DNA of 64,000 nucleotides from Vitrella brassicaformis CCMP3155 (taxonomy: Eukaryota; Protista; Chromerida), in the NCBI GenBank assembly GCA_001179505.1, contig CDMY01000499.1:124001-188000 (forward strand), read 5' to 3'. A program made the position numbers and the translations under genes. The notes beneath the pieces are model-generated. The model had not been told where the DNA came from, searched no databases, and saw nothing but the letters and a program-made list of their open reading frames with translations. Shown here in pieces: positions 1 through 13,352 of the stretch (within the stretch, counting starts at the first letter, position 1; every line of letters starts with the position of its first letter).

Positions 1-2239
1 TTGGCGGCCGGGGGCGTATTCCGTGCCAAAGTCGGGGCGACGGCGGTTGTGGGTGCGGGTGCGGGTGCGGGTGTCTGTGTGTGTGGGCCGGGGGCGGCAC
101 ACAGCTGACGGCCTCCTCGGAAGATGGCGGCGATGGGCCGTGTGGGCCTGTGGGCGGCACTCATGTGAGGCGGCATTGGCGTGGCTGTGGGCACCTTAAG
201 GTGGTGCGCGGGAGGGGGAGGGGGAGGGAAGTGAGAGGCATGTCCGTGATGGAGTGGCACGGCCAGCGGGTGGGCCATGAGGTGGTGGGCGGGCGGCTGG
301 TGACTCGGAGGCGCCAGCAAGGCGAGAGCTGGTGGCGGGCTCGGGGTGCCGTGCTGCCGTCTCGTTTCTCCGACCTCAACACGCACATCCGCACTCAAAT
401 GGTGGCGGTCCTCCTCCGAGTCGAGGTCGGGCCAGTCGTCGTCGTCAGGGCTCAGCTCTAATGCAAACTGATGCAGAGCGTCACGCACCTGCACACAATC
501 ACACAATCACAATCACACAACGAGACATGGATGCACTGAGTGAAGTGCAGTGCAGTGCAGCGCAGCAGGGGCTGTGTGTGGGTGTGTGTGGCGCATGTAC
601 TCACTCCGTTGGCAGCGTCTCTCGGGAATGTCGCTGACTCGTCGTGGAACTGCTGGATGAGCTCGACCAGATCGTGGGGCACTGCTGCATCGCTGCAGCA
701 CCTCAGCAGAGTGCGCGTGGCGCACCACACATCACGGCCCATGTCCAGTACACGCGGACCCTGCCACACACACACACACACACACACACAAAACACAACA
801 CAACACCATAGTGAATCAGTGCATTGTCTCCATGTATGTGGACGCACTTACATCTTCCTGTGGCGCGACGACCTGCCCCAGTGGCTGTCCGGGTGGGCGG
901 CCGTGGCGCCCCGCCGCTGGGTCTCTCCTCAGCCTGTCGAGGTCGATGAGGACCGGCTCGTATGCTCCGTCAGCCGACTGGCGCAGACCAATGTTACTCC
1001 CCTGCAGAGACAACCAACCAACCAACCAGCGGACACACAGCACATGACAGCATATGACATCACACGACATCACATCACATGTGTGTGGCTGATATACACA
1101 CATTAACTACATAAGCGCGTCTGTCTGTGTCACACACAGTCTGTGCGTTGCTCTCCGTTGGCTCACTTACGTGTATGTCTCCGTGGACCAGCAAGTCGTC
1201 TTGGAGCTGCCCCAGAGCCGCACACAGGCCGTCGCCGATCTGCTTGAGCGCGAGCATGGCCTCGCGGGGCCGCCGGTGGGACAGGTCGACCTCCTGCAGC
1301 GTCACTGCATCATATCAACGCAGACACACACACAACACGCAGAGAGAGAGAGAGAGAGACGAGGATTGGTTTCGCCATGCACATGCAGGCAAGGGCAACT
1401 GACTTGCCTGCCTGCCTGCCTAACTGGCTCATCCATTCAGTTCATTGGCTGCTTACAGTCGATCCACTCCATGCGATAGGCCGTGAGGCGCTCGCCGTTG
1501 GGGCCGGGGATGTGGTAGACGTCGTGGACGTTGACGATGTTGCGGTGGGACCTGCCGTGTCGGCGGCAGCTGGCCAGCCACAGATCGTTGCCCGTGTGGA
1601 CGTACTCGCCCGCCTGACACAGGACAGCACAAACAGAGAGACAGTGACAGAATCAACGAGGCTGCCCGCATGCGTACCGGCGTGGCGCAGTCGTGGCCTT
1701 CATGCAGTATCTTGACGGCCACTCGACGGCCGCCCTCGTCCGTCATCGCCACGACACTGCCGAACCGACCCACACGCACAGGCTCACGGCCGTCAAGCCG
1801 CAGACTGCACTCCCTCTCCAGCCAACCCTGGTCAGTCAAAAGACGCCGACACACTCAGGGAAGGGTCACTTCCGCATGTGCAGCTAACTGTGAGTGACTC
1901 ACCGTGGCCACGGCTATGTCCCTCTCTCGCAGCTCTTCGGCGGCTTTGGCGTTGGCAGGGGCACCTCTGTCGGCCTGCATGACACCGTAACAGTCCATCA
2001 GCCCATCACGACGACACTGCACAGAATCAAACATATCAGTCAGCGAAACTCACCGTCATACTTGCCGTCATACGGGTGCAAGTCAGTCGTCAATCAGTCA
2101 GTCAGTTTCGTCTCGACCGCTCGGCTCGACCTGAGTGCAAGCTCAGCTCGCGCGACGCTTGTACATCGAGACTGGGAGACGGGACAGGCGTTTTTCTAAA
2201 AAGCAGAAAACCGCACGTCTGCTCCTTTTCATCCGCCAT
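1..2239 (-). CDS. Atypical protein kinase-like protein, multi-exon, 3' end beyond the left edge
   Basis: Minus-strand exons encode GRFGSVV (Gly loop), RRVAVKIL, LVHGDIH..SNIGL (catalytic loop) and PVLIDLD (in place of DFG), followed by a Pro/His-rich tail that is open to position 1. The start at 2239 (MADEKEQ) is tentative. Confidence 0.7.
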
Positions 2240-2649
2240 ACATGTACTCTGCTCTCTGCGTCTTTCCGCCCTTCCTTCTCTCGCTCTCCCATCGCCTCCC
2301 TCCTTGTGCTGATGTCGGCCGCTCCTTTTCCGCCCATTCTCCTTGCCTTTGCAGCTGTGAGGCTGGCGGACGACAACATGGACCGACCACATGTTTCTCT
2401 CTGCAGCTCTGCAGGTGACGCCCCGACTATTACAAATCCAGGTGACGAAAGCCACACATAGTTGGGGAGGTTCCCGTTTTCACTCCTGTGCCGAAGGCGG
2501 CCTCGCCAGTGCTCGCCAACCCCAACACCCCAACCAGCTCGACACCTTCAGGAATGTAAAGGGATGGATGGATGGATGGATGGATGGGGACATGGAGACA
2601 TTGTGTTGTATGTCTTTTGCAGGTGATACAGAGTGTCAGTGAGGCTTGG

Positions 2650-2949
2650 NNNNNNNNNNNNNNNNNNNNNNNNNNNNNNNNNNNNNNNNNNNNNNNNNNN
2701 NNNNNNNNNNNNNNNNNNNNNNNNNNNNNNNNNNNNNNNNNNNNNNNNNNNNNNNNNNNNNNNNNNNNNNNNNNNNNNNNNNNNNNNNNNNNNNNNNNNN
2801 NNNNNNNNNNNNNNNNNNNNNNNNNNNNNNNNNNNNNNNNNNNNNNNNNNNNNNNNNNNNNNNNNNNNNNNNNNNNNNNNNNNNNNNNNNNNNNNNNNNN
2901 NNNNNNNNNNNNNNNNNNNNNNNNNNNNNNNNNNNNNNNNNNNNNNNNN
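2650..2949. other. Assembly gap (300 N)
   Basis: Run of N. Confidence 0.99.
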
Positions 2950-5069
2950 ACGCCTACGCCCCGCTAGGCGTCATGAGGCACCAAGCCTCACTGACAAGAG
3001 AACCGGACGGCACGAGGAATGGCAGATTGAGGTATGGCCACCGAGAATTCGAAGACGTGTACTTGCTGCCCCAACCCAAGCTGCCCCAGTCAACCCCCGA
3101 GGAGTTCCCTGTGCCCTCTTGTGTGTAAGCAGCGACGCCACCCTCACCAAACTATGCGAACAGGAGACGGTGACAAAGTGGTGGACAAGGAAGAGCTTCT
3201 CAGACCGCGAACTGGAGATCGTGAAGGTCGAACATCACCAAATCGTGCAGCGTCCGCTTGACGACTTTGCCCGCCATCTGGGCGTGGCGGCGAATGCGAG
3301 TGCTGTGTTTGCTGTGTTTGCCGCCTTCAGGCACCTGCGCCGGCAGGCGAATGCGCATCTGCGACCAGATGCGGTGGCGGGTGCGCAACAAGATCCGTGG
3401 TTGGTGGCCGATTGCGACGCGCGCCAGGGGACATGTTTGGAGGTGAGAGTGAGTGAGGCAAATCTGACGTCCATCAATCTGCATCTGCGTTATGTGTCTG
3501 GGCAGGGACTCGCGTGAGGATGGCTCTGATCGGCCGTGTGCCCACGGTGATGGTCTTTAGCATCACAGTGGATGGAGACGCACTGTCAGGACCACCACGT
3601 GCATAATCAATCGACCGATCGCATGGATATCCACATGCCTGCATTGATGTGTCTTTGATTGATGCAGCTGGAAGGGCTTCACGCCGTGGCCACCTGAGGG
3701 TATTCTTCCGATCTACAAACGACGTGCTGGGCGTACTCACCGTCACCCCGCAAAAGCCGGTAAGCAGATACACAGGCAGGCAGTCACATGGGCAGTCATT
3801 TAGATGGCATTCAACGTCTCTGTCTGTCTGCCTCCATGTCTTTCTTTCAGCGTGACTCGCCCGACGGACGCCTGATTGCTTTCTTCAACCATGGAGGCAC
3901 ACTCACACTTCCCTTTGAGCAGTGAGCGAGTCATCACAAGAGCGATTTGCCTCACTCATGTGACTTGTACACCTAGTGGCCGTCTGCATGCAGTGACCAT
4001 TTGGTGGTGGCCGTTCAGCACAGAAGGACCCAGAACATGCCTGCGGCAGACATCGGCGGCACCCGCTTGCTGCTGAGAGGCCAGGGCCCGGTCATCGCCC
4101 GCAACACGCCAATCATCGTCCAATGCGGGCGGTACATTGTGGGCTTGGTGTACATGGGTGGTGCGGCGGGATGAGTGAAGGAAAGACGTTTTCGGTGATC
4201 TAGCTGGCATGTACTGTACGTCTATGGTGGCGAACTGATGGCTTCTGCGGTCTGCCTGAGGGGTGTCTGCTTCTGAGGTGGTGCGGCGGGTTCCACGCCG
4301 GGGGCAGCTGATGTTAGTGTTCCGCTCCGGCAGGTCCCGAGGCCGGTGAGCAGAGACAGGCAGCCAGCCACGTAGACAGCATTCGAAGCAATTGATTCGA
4401 AGCTTGTATGTATGTGTGTCAGGAACACATCGCTGCCTTCAGGAACACACCGCGGTCTAAGAGGATGACTGCTTTTCTTGACATGTGTGGCGGTTGAGAA
4501 TGGACAATCAGTGGCGTGGAAATCCCAACCGGCCTCCGCCAGGTACAGGTGGCATCTGCATGCGCTTCGCTGGTGTGTTGTGACGGCACTCCCTCTCGTC
4601 TGTGAGCCCTTTAGGTCGATTGGTCCAGGGGCAGGGCGCCACGACGTACGCACACACGGGATTGGGGTCTCAGTCTGGCTGTGAGTGTGAGGGTGAGTGT
4701 GTCTGTCTGTCTGTCTGTGTGCTCTTCGCAGCTCGTCCCCCATACCAACCACCGCCTTTCGTGGCTCAAGTGGAGGGGTGGCAGCAGCAGCAGCAGCAGC
4801 AACACTTGGCGCAGCAGCCTACACCAGCACCAGCACCCACACCAGCGCCAGGGCCACAGCATCACACAGTCACAGCGGGTAAGTAGATCCGTGTGTTTCT
4901 GTCCATTGCATCCAGGGATGCATGCCATCTCTGTCCGGTGTCTGTCTGCCGGTCAGTGCACCACCCGGTGCCGCCACCACTGCTCACAGGCAGCGCATCA
5001 CAGGTATACCGGTCGGGAAGCAAGGAGAGAAGCAAGGATGAATGGAACAATATACCTTATTGCCCTTGA
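2950..5069 (+). CDS. Hypothetical multi-exon protein, 5' end in the gap
   Basis: GT-AG-bounded exons join in frame (e.g. GHLRVFFRSTNDVLGVLTVTPQKP|RDSPDGRLIAFFNHGG, a polyQ/Pro exon at ~4751-4879, and a last exon ending NIPYCP* at 5069). No domain recognised. Confidence 0.45.
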
Positions 5070-5387
5070 CTGCTTGCTTTTCTTGACATCATATGCATGT
5101 GTGCAGTCGCAGTCCGGCGGAAGTCCGACACATTCAAGTAAGAGGTCCCTACGCGTATGCGTCCACTTGCCCCTCCCGGAGTGTGATACGCATGATGATG
5201 GCCGCCCTTTTTGAATTCTTTCGTGCCGTGTCTTTGATGGCCCCGCCCCACCCACACACAGCTGGGGGGAGGAGCAAGGCAGACACATCGCTGTCTCTAT
5301 TTTATATCGGAGTGGTGGGTATTCCCAGGATGCATGTCTCTGCAGCTCTGAAAGCAGACTGATCGCTGTCTACGTTTTATATTGGAC

Positions 5388-5423
5388 AGTGTTTTGAACC
5401 AATGAGTGTTTTGAACCAATGAG
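5388..5423. repeat. 17-bp tandem duplication (AGTGTTTTGAACCAATG x2)
   Basis: Seen directly in the sequence. Confidence 0.85.
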
Positions 5424-5769
5424 CGGTTGTGGATTGCATTTGCTTGCAGCCCTCTGAACGATTGTTCATCCAGTCGATGTCCATCGAGTAGTCACATCCA
5501 AGGCAATACAATGACACCTTCAGCCTGTAATGTCAGCGATATAGAACTGCATTCGCAGACCTCACATGCACAAGAAGCAGCCACACGCATCGCGTGATGT
5601 GGCCCATGAACTGTCTGTCAGTCTCTGCACCCACTCGATCAAAACCGCCAGCCGCACACTGACATGCCTGCTGGCCTGGCATCCCTCTCCACACCATACC
5701 ACACCCACACCACACCCACACGTCTGTCTAACTATGTACACGGCAGTTTAGGTGGGTCTCCTGATCTAT

Positions 5770-7133
5770 CTATGACTCGTAGACCCGCCAGTAAGCGAAC
5801 ACGTGCCCGTCCCGGTCATTCCTAACGATGCGGAGGTCCTCGTCGAGGAAGGATATGCGCTTCTCCACCACCGAGCTGCCCTGCTTGATGTTCTCCAGGG
5901 AAGATTTCGACTCGTAAGCGGAGTCGCCGTCGAGGAAAGGCAGGAGCCTACTGATGGTGCTGTCGAGCACCTGCAGGAATCCACGACGCAGGCAGGACAT
6001 AGGAACAGACAGACAGGCAGAAGATGAACACCGGGCGAGTGCTGCTTACCCATATGCCGGTCTGCCTGCATGCCTACCTTTGTCTTTTCGATGGTGACGT
6101 TGAGCACATCATCTCTTGCCTCTGGCCCCTCCTGTGGCGCCACGCTGCACTCGGTCGTCATCTTGGACTCGCCCAGACCGAACACACCCACTCTCACCTA
6201 CAGACAGAGGACGGCAGAAGATATGTTGATGTGTATCAGGGCTGTGTGTGGCATGCTGTGCTGTGTTGTATGGCTGTCGATCCGCCGACTGACTGACCTG
6301 GTTGGTGAGTCTCTCCGGTCTGAATCGTTGATTCGGCATGGGGCTACCTTCAATCCTCTGCCTCGACTCTCCAATACTCTTGAACGGTAGCCGGTCGGTC
6401 AAGCCGAACAGCGACTCGGCCAGCTGATCTGGACGAGCACTCATGCATCAATGTGTGTCAACGGCACATATGCGTGTCCGTCTGACCCTCACTCACCTGA
6501 TCCGAAAGTGCGCAGCGGATCCCTGATGCCCTCGAGGGCCTTCCTGAATGCCCAGAAGAAGGGCGATGACCGAGTCACGTCCTCCGACGCATACACCTAC
6601 ATGAGAATGAGAATGCGCACACCATCTGATCTCATCTGATCGGATTCCTTCTCACCAGCCTCCATGTGCCCTTAAGCAGGGGAGAGGTTGCAGGGGCCGG
6701 GGTGGGATTGAGAGCTTCAAGGTCAGCCAAGATGGAGTCAAAGGTTGCTCTGCTCGCCCCCTCCAGTGCAAACTGTCCTCGACCCGATGCCGCCGCTGAT
6801 TCGAGCAGCTCTATCTTGAGATCTTCCAGCGGGTTCGACTCAGGCGCCGACACAGCGCCGCCGGAGAGGGCCACATCCTCTTGAACGGCAGCAGAAGGCA
6901 AACGCACTGAAATGAGCGAAACCAAGTCAGTGAATGAATCACCTCTCCTCATCTCTTTGCTCAATCTGTCCACCTGTCATGGTCAGTCTGGCGCCATGAT
7001 GGTGCCGCCTCAGTGAAGGAACCAGAGACAGCCGCGAGGCAGGATGGAAGGCAGATCCAAGGAAAGGGCAGAAGATCAGAAACACAGACAGCAGTGTCTG
7101 TGCAGGCTGCTGCGTTGCAAAAGACCAGATCAT
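5770..7133 (-). CDS. PAP/fibrillin (plastoglobule) family protein with bipartite plastid leader
   Basis: Exons give MIWSF...FCPFLGSAFHP (signal peptide + Phe), LEALNPTPAPATSPLLKGTWRL, VYASEDVTRSSPFFWAFRK, AESLFGLTDRLPFKSIG and ISFLDEDLRIVRNDRDGHVF, all typical fibrillin blocks. Confidence 0.85.
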
Positions 7134-7381
7134 TGGGGTTTCTTAGGGCCGGCTGCTGCGTTGCAAAGACCAAATTATGGAGGGGCCGACACAGCAGCAA
7201 GCAGTTTCACGGAATTTAGGGTTTGCTGCGCGCTTCTCAATCGGATCTCGCGAGGAGGGAGCGAAGGACGACCATTGCTTTCGCGTCTACATCACCACTT
7301 GTCTTCTATCGCAACGCAAAGCACTTTTGTTTTTCTGTAACTCCGTTTTTGCGTATCGCAAGCCGCCCTCCAGTGTCAGTC

Positions 7382-8363
7382 ATGATGTCCCGCGTCCTCG
7401 CTTCGGTTGTGCTGGTGGCCCTGGTGGGTGTGGTGACGGCGGGCGAGGGCAGCCTGAGATCTCTGCAGGGGGAGAACTGCTATGTGACAATCTCGAAGGA
7501 TCCGGTAACGAACACAAGCACCGCACTCAACAGACAGATCTCTCCCTCCCACCCACTCCTCCATGTGACTTGTGTGGTCCCTCTCCCCTCCCCTCTGTGT
7601 GCTTGTCTTTCAGGACCTGCGCTCGATGTTCGCCATGATAGCGCTTGCGAGCGGCCAACGTGAGACCCTCGAGACGGCTCCCGATCTGACTGTGTTCGCT
7701 CCCATCAACGAGGCCTTCGCCGACGCGCCGCCCACCCTGTCCCAGCAGGCCCGCGACCCCGCCAACGCCGAGCTGCTTAGCACCCTTCTGCAGTACCACA
7801 CCATGGAGAGCGAGGTGGCGTCAGCGGAGGCCATCGAGGGCGACCTCGCCACTCCTGCCGGCCTGGACATCCCCGTGACGTCGGGCGACGATGGTCCGGT
7901 GCTGGGCATCGAGCCCTTCCAGGCCAGAATTGTGGGTGAGCCCGTCAAGGCCAGCAACTGCGTCATCTACAAGATTGACAACGTCCTCATCCCTGAGGCC
8001 ATCTACGACACCGTCGACCCCAAGGTAACTATCCACGACACACCCACACCCACACCACACCCGCAACACACCCACACACCCAAACTGTCTTGTCTCTCTG
8101 TTTGTGCACACGTGTGTGTGTGTGTGTGTGTGCGTTGGCTGACTTCACTTCAGGACCGGCCGATTTTCACCAAGAATGGTTGCCTGTGCAAGTTCGAGTT
8201 CGAGCTGAACGGCGAGAAGCTGACCAAGTGCACGACGGTGGGCAACCCCGAGCCCTGGTGCAAGACCCAGCGCGGCTGCGGCGAGGAGTACGGCGGCTAC
8301 TCCTGGGACGTCTGCGACTGCAATGAGGACGGGAGCGGCGAAGGCAGACCCAACGCATGCTAA
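7382..8363 (+). CDS. Secreted fasciclin (FAS1) domain protein with C-terminal Cys-rich FN2-like module
   Basis: Three exons (7382-7504, 7614-8024, 8154-8363), all joined in phase 0. Signal peptide MMSRVLASVVLVALVG; FAS1 motifs LTVFAPINEAF, LLQYH and VIYKIDNVLIP; C-terminal CLCKFEFELNGEKLTKCTTVGNPEPWC. Confidence 0.85.
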
Positions 8364-9709
8364 GCTGACCCGGCCGGCGACGTGACGAGTCACGTGACTT
8401 TTGCTCTGCCTGCCTGCATGTGTGTGTGTGTTGGTGCGTGTGGATGCGTCGATGGATGGGCGCCTTTTTTGTATACGTTCCTTTGCTCCGTACAATCGCA
8501 TCGCATGGAGGCGTGTGTGGCTGACTGTCTTGTCTGTGTGGGTGGGCACACGGATGGATCCATGCCACACGGGTGGACGATCGGTCCATTCTGGTCGCAG
8601 TTTCGTCTTTTCCCCTTCTCCCTCCCTCTCTGCCTGCCTCCCTGCCTGCCCTTATCCCTTCTCTGTCTGTCTGTTGCAAACTATTCAGAGATCCTCACCT
8701 TCACCATATTTAAGTATTGACGACGAGCGAGCAAAGCAGCGAGAGGGCGGTCATCGGTTTTGATAAAGCACCGCAGCGGGGGCCTCGAACGCAGTGTGGT
8801 CCTCCTGTGTGTGCACTGGGGGGGTGCATGTGTGGGTCTCTTTTCGCCGCCCTCTCACTCGACAGACAAGACAGACAGACCGTTCATTGATCAGTTCATG
8901 TCGGCTGACTGAAGCTTTTCTGTTCCCTTCATCGCGTCCTTCCTGACGTTAGCCACGTTGCTGTCGACCCAGCGACGTGGCCCTCGTCTGGCGAGGTGCG
9001 AGAGAAGGGGAGAGAGACAGCTTCTTCGCGCGGATCAATAAGCTTCGTTCGTTTATCATAGAGGGGATGGATGGATGGACAGAAGGACTTGAGAGTGAGA
9101 CTGCAGTGACTGAGTGAAAGCACTTTTTTCGTGTACATTATCGTAATCGTGCAGGAGAGTGGCTGCGTCTCATCCATGTCATCTTAAGGTGACATTAACC
9201 ACATGCGCCATCCACAGATCCACGGAGGACCGTCGTCCGTGAAGCTGACCCTTCTCCACCATATTCCCACAGTCGCATGCAACCGTTAAGATAACGGGCG
9301 ATCTACGGCTAAGCTTGCAGACTTCGAGGCGGCAAGGAAGGACAGAGGAGAGCTTCACCGTATCGGCTCAACACTCCCGCACGCCGCCACACACCCGCCC
9401 CTCCCCTCCCGTCTTCTTCGCGCGTCGCCGAGTCCGACTGTTGTCAAGCCAACACACGAGGTGGCGGCAGAAGGGCTGTGAGATTGGGGGAAGAGGATAT
9501 CTCTGCTCGCCGGGCCTCCATCTGCCGAAGATCCAAGGCTGCGACAGGCGTGCACGTGTTGCTGGCTGCTACTTGCGAGGTGTTGGGTGGTGGAGTGTTT
9601 GGTTGCAAGGCAACAGGTCTATCTGTCATATGAGTGCAGCGTCCGGTACTGCTATCTGGCTGGTGTCCACGTTTCCCCCCTGTGAGGCCCGACACCCCTA
9701 TGTTACTAC

Positions 9710-12700
9710 ATGAGCACACAAGTGCACTCCACCTCACTATCTGCTGCTGCTACTACTGCTGCTGCTGCTGCCTCTGCTGCGCCTACTGCCGCCCAGCCGT
9801 CCGACTCCCCCGCTCCAGCCCTACCACCTGTGCCATCCTCGACGACGCCTGTCGCCCAGCCCATCACCCCCGGGACTCTCACGCCGCCCTTGTCCACACC
9901 AACCGCCACAAGCACCAGCGGCATCATTCCTGGCCTCGCTGCGGCCACAGCGTCCACCCCTGTGACATCCCCCCACGCCCAAGTGGCCACCATCAGCACC
10001 CAGACAGGCACGTCCACACCTGCACCTAGGTCGCCGGCAGCCACCAGACCTCCCACCGCCACCACCGCCGCCACCACCCCCACCACCGTGCCGTCATCCG
10101 CCGCTGCTGCTGCTGTGGGTCCGGGAGGGGGCTTCATTGAGGGGGAGCGTGGGAGCGGCCGGGGGGGTTTGCGAGGCGGCCCTGGGGGTCAGCATGACGA
10201 GGGTGTGCAGACGAGCGTGACCCCGACCAACACGCTGTTCTTTCGCAGCCTCAACAGGGCTGTGAGGGAAGACGACCTGGAGAAGCTCGTGGGGCCCTTC
10301 TGCGAGGGGGGGCCGCCCAGAATCCTGCTGCAAGCGCAAAAGGGACACGCGTTCGTCCAGCTGCCGGTAGGGACATACACAGAAACCCGACTCAAGGACA
10401 AGACAAGCACCATTTCTCTCCCTCTCCACGTGTGTGTGTAGTCTGTGTCAGCGGCCCAGCGTTGCCTGACGTATTTCCAGCAGACGCCCCCGACAGTGAA
10501 GGGTACGATGGTGCAGTGCGCGTACTCTGCGCGTGACGTGGCGTCGCAGAAGGAGCTGCTGCAGACGCTGCGGGAGTCGTCACGGGTGCTGCTCGTGCAC
10601 GTTGTCAACTGCATGTATGAAAGTAAGCTAACCTAAGCTAAGCTGAGCTGTCGGGGGGAGGGGTGGTCATGGGCCCAACGATGGATGGATGGCTCCCTGT
10701 CTACTCTGCATGTCAGTGAATATCGACATCCTGCACCAGATCTTCTCGCGATACGGCATCGTGGAAAAGGTCAGTCATCTCACTCACATGGCTGCTCGGC
10801 TGCGCTGGGCTGGGGTGGATGGAATGGATGGATGTTTGTGTGCGGTGCAGATCGTGACGTTCACGCGAGACCCGAGTGCGTTTCAGGCGATGGTGCAGTT
10901 TGCGAACGCCAAAAACGCCACAGACGCCATGCGGCACCTCGACAACCAAAACATATTCGGAGACGCTAACACGCTTAAGGCGCGCTGAGTGCCCACACAC
11001 ACGCACACGCACATACGCAGAGCATCTGTCCATGTGTTGATGTGTCGGTGGATCAGATTCAGTACTCGACCTTCTCGGAGCTGACGGTGCGCTTCAACAA
11101 CTCCAAGAGCCGCGACTACAACAACCCCAACCTGCCCCCAGGACCACAGGCCAGGGCACAAGCCGCACAACGTACGTAAACGACACACACACACGGAAAC
11201 AGGGAGGGATGCAGAGAGGGAAGGTGCGTTAATTTCATCTGTGTGTTGGTGTGATATATGTTTCTGGTTCGTTCAGTGGAGGATGTCCGGCGTGGAGGCC
11301 GTGGTCGTGCTGCCGGTCCAGCTGGCGGGTCCACCCTGATGGGCGGCGTGGGGCCTCCTCCCGGCAGGGGAGCACCCCCGCCCCAGGCCATGGCCACTCC
11401 CCCAGGCGCCACCACACTGGCCCAGCCATCCCCATTCCCCCCATACCACCCATCGCCAGCTCACCCACATCCGCACCAGCACCCGCACCCCTCCGCCCAC
11501 GGCCCTCCCTCCTACCCCCCTCTGTCCATCCCCACCATGCCGCCAGTGTCGCTCAAGCCGCTCTCACCTGTGGGCCCACTCTCGCGGCTGCCCATAGGAA
11601 TGCCTGGCGGTGTGGGGCCGCCCCCTGGTGCTGCTGCTGGGCCGGCGAGGATAGGCCCTGGTCCTGGGATGCCGGGCGGGCCGCACCCCCACGGGCCCCC
11701 ACAGATGTTGCCTGGTGGGGGTCCGCACATCGAGCCGGGTGGCGCTTTGCCGGGAGGGACGACATGGACGCCTGAGCAGGCGTCGAGGCTCGTCGGGCTG
11801 CTCGGCATCCAGTCGGGGAACCTGCAGCAGGTCCGTGAGGCGGGGTTGGGCAAGGTGATTTGGGTGCCATCCGTCTCCTCTCTGCTCCATGTGGCTCTGT
11901 GCGTGTTCCTTCAGACGCCAGTGATAATCTGTTACGGGTTGGACGACAGCGTGACGACGTGCGACCACCTGTTCAACCTGTTCTCCTTCTACGGCATCGT
12001 GACCCGGGTCAAGATACTCGCCAAGAGGGGCGACACCGCACTCATCCAGTTCGCCGACGCCATATTCGCCATTCTGGCGCACCACTTCCTGCAGGCACGC
12101 CATTCACTTTGGCCACTCACACACGATTGTCAGCCAGTCTCTGTGTGTGGTGTGCAGGGCGTGGTGATCCACGGCAAGCTCATCCGAGTGGGCTTCTCCA
12201 ACAACCAAGAAGTCACGTAAGCTGACCGCACTTACAAAGAATCGACAAATGACAAATTGCGCTTTGCGTGTGTGTGTGGTGGGGGGGTCGTGTAGTGTGC
12301 CGGCGAGTTATCCCTCCGGCCGTATGGAGGACCCCAAGACAGTGCGGACGCGGCTCTACACCGCCGAGCAGCAGAGATACGCATTCGGACGGGTGAGTGG
12401 GGCGGCGCACAGGCCAGACAGACGACGGCAGGAGAAACACGTTGGTTCCAGCATCCATTGAGATGGCCCCCTGTGTTGTGCTGTGCTGTGCTCTTTGTTT
12501 GTGGTGTGGTGCAGACGATGAACGACAGGATATTGCGGAATGCCTGCCATCCGAGCCCCGTGCTGCACGTTGCGAACATCATACCCACTGTGCAGGGTAG
12601 GGTCAGCCAGCCAGCCAGCCACCGACACAACCAAGCACTGACAGCCACTTCATCACCTGCTGCTGGTCGCTGTGTGTCACAATCTTGATTTTAATCAGAG

Positions 12701-13352
12701 GGCGAGTTGACCGATCTGTTTGCGCAGTACGGCACAGTCGGAGGCGTCAGGGTCAGCATCCAGACCGTCATACACACAAGCACGCAGCACAGCACCGTCT
12801 CGCAATTACGTGTGTGTGTGTGTATGTGTGTTGGTGGCCTGTGACTGATCTGCGCGTTTGCCAGTTCCTGCCGCAGCGCGAGAAGCAGGAGTCGCGGATG
12901 GCACTCGTCAGCATGGCGTCCATCAACGAGGTACGACTCACCCCGGCAAGGCACACATGGCCCGGCTGCCCCTCACTCTCTGGTCCGTGTGTGTGTGGGT
13001 GCAGGGTGTGCAAGCTCTCATCCACCTGCACAACTACCGGCTCAGAGACAGGTGGAGCAACAACCAGACACAGAAGGCGTCTCACATCACACACACGTCC
13101 CCTCTCTCCTTCAGGCCGCTGAAGGTGTCCTTCTCGAAGCAGAAGTTCGACCGCCGCCCCTCCCAGAGCTCACAAGAGGCGCCGTCCCCCTCCCCACGAC
13201 CCACACCACCCAACCACTCGGGCGCAGGCCAGGAACAGCAGCAGCAGCAGCAGCAGCAAGGGGCATCTGGTGCGGGAGCATCGTCCACCAGTGGTGGCGG
13301 GGCGGCTGCCTCTTCGTCACCATCGGCAGCAGCAGCAGGGGAGGCGTCATAG
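9710..13352 (+). CDS. Polypyrimidine-tract-binding / hnRNP L-like protein with four RRMs
   Basis: RRM-like blocks: TLFFRSLN..KGHAFVQL; VNIDILHQIFSRYGIVEKIVTF..FQAMVQF; IQYSTFSELTVRFNNSKSRDY; DHLFNLFSFYGIVTRVKIL..ALIQF; PSPVLHVANI..MALVSM..LHNYRL..LKVSFSK. A Pro-rich linker lies between RRM2 and RRM3. Confidence 0.88.

Noticed and set aside
2572-3128. ORFs spanning N runs (also 24086-24815 and 58808-59755)
   Set aside because: They are open only because N codons contain no stops.
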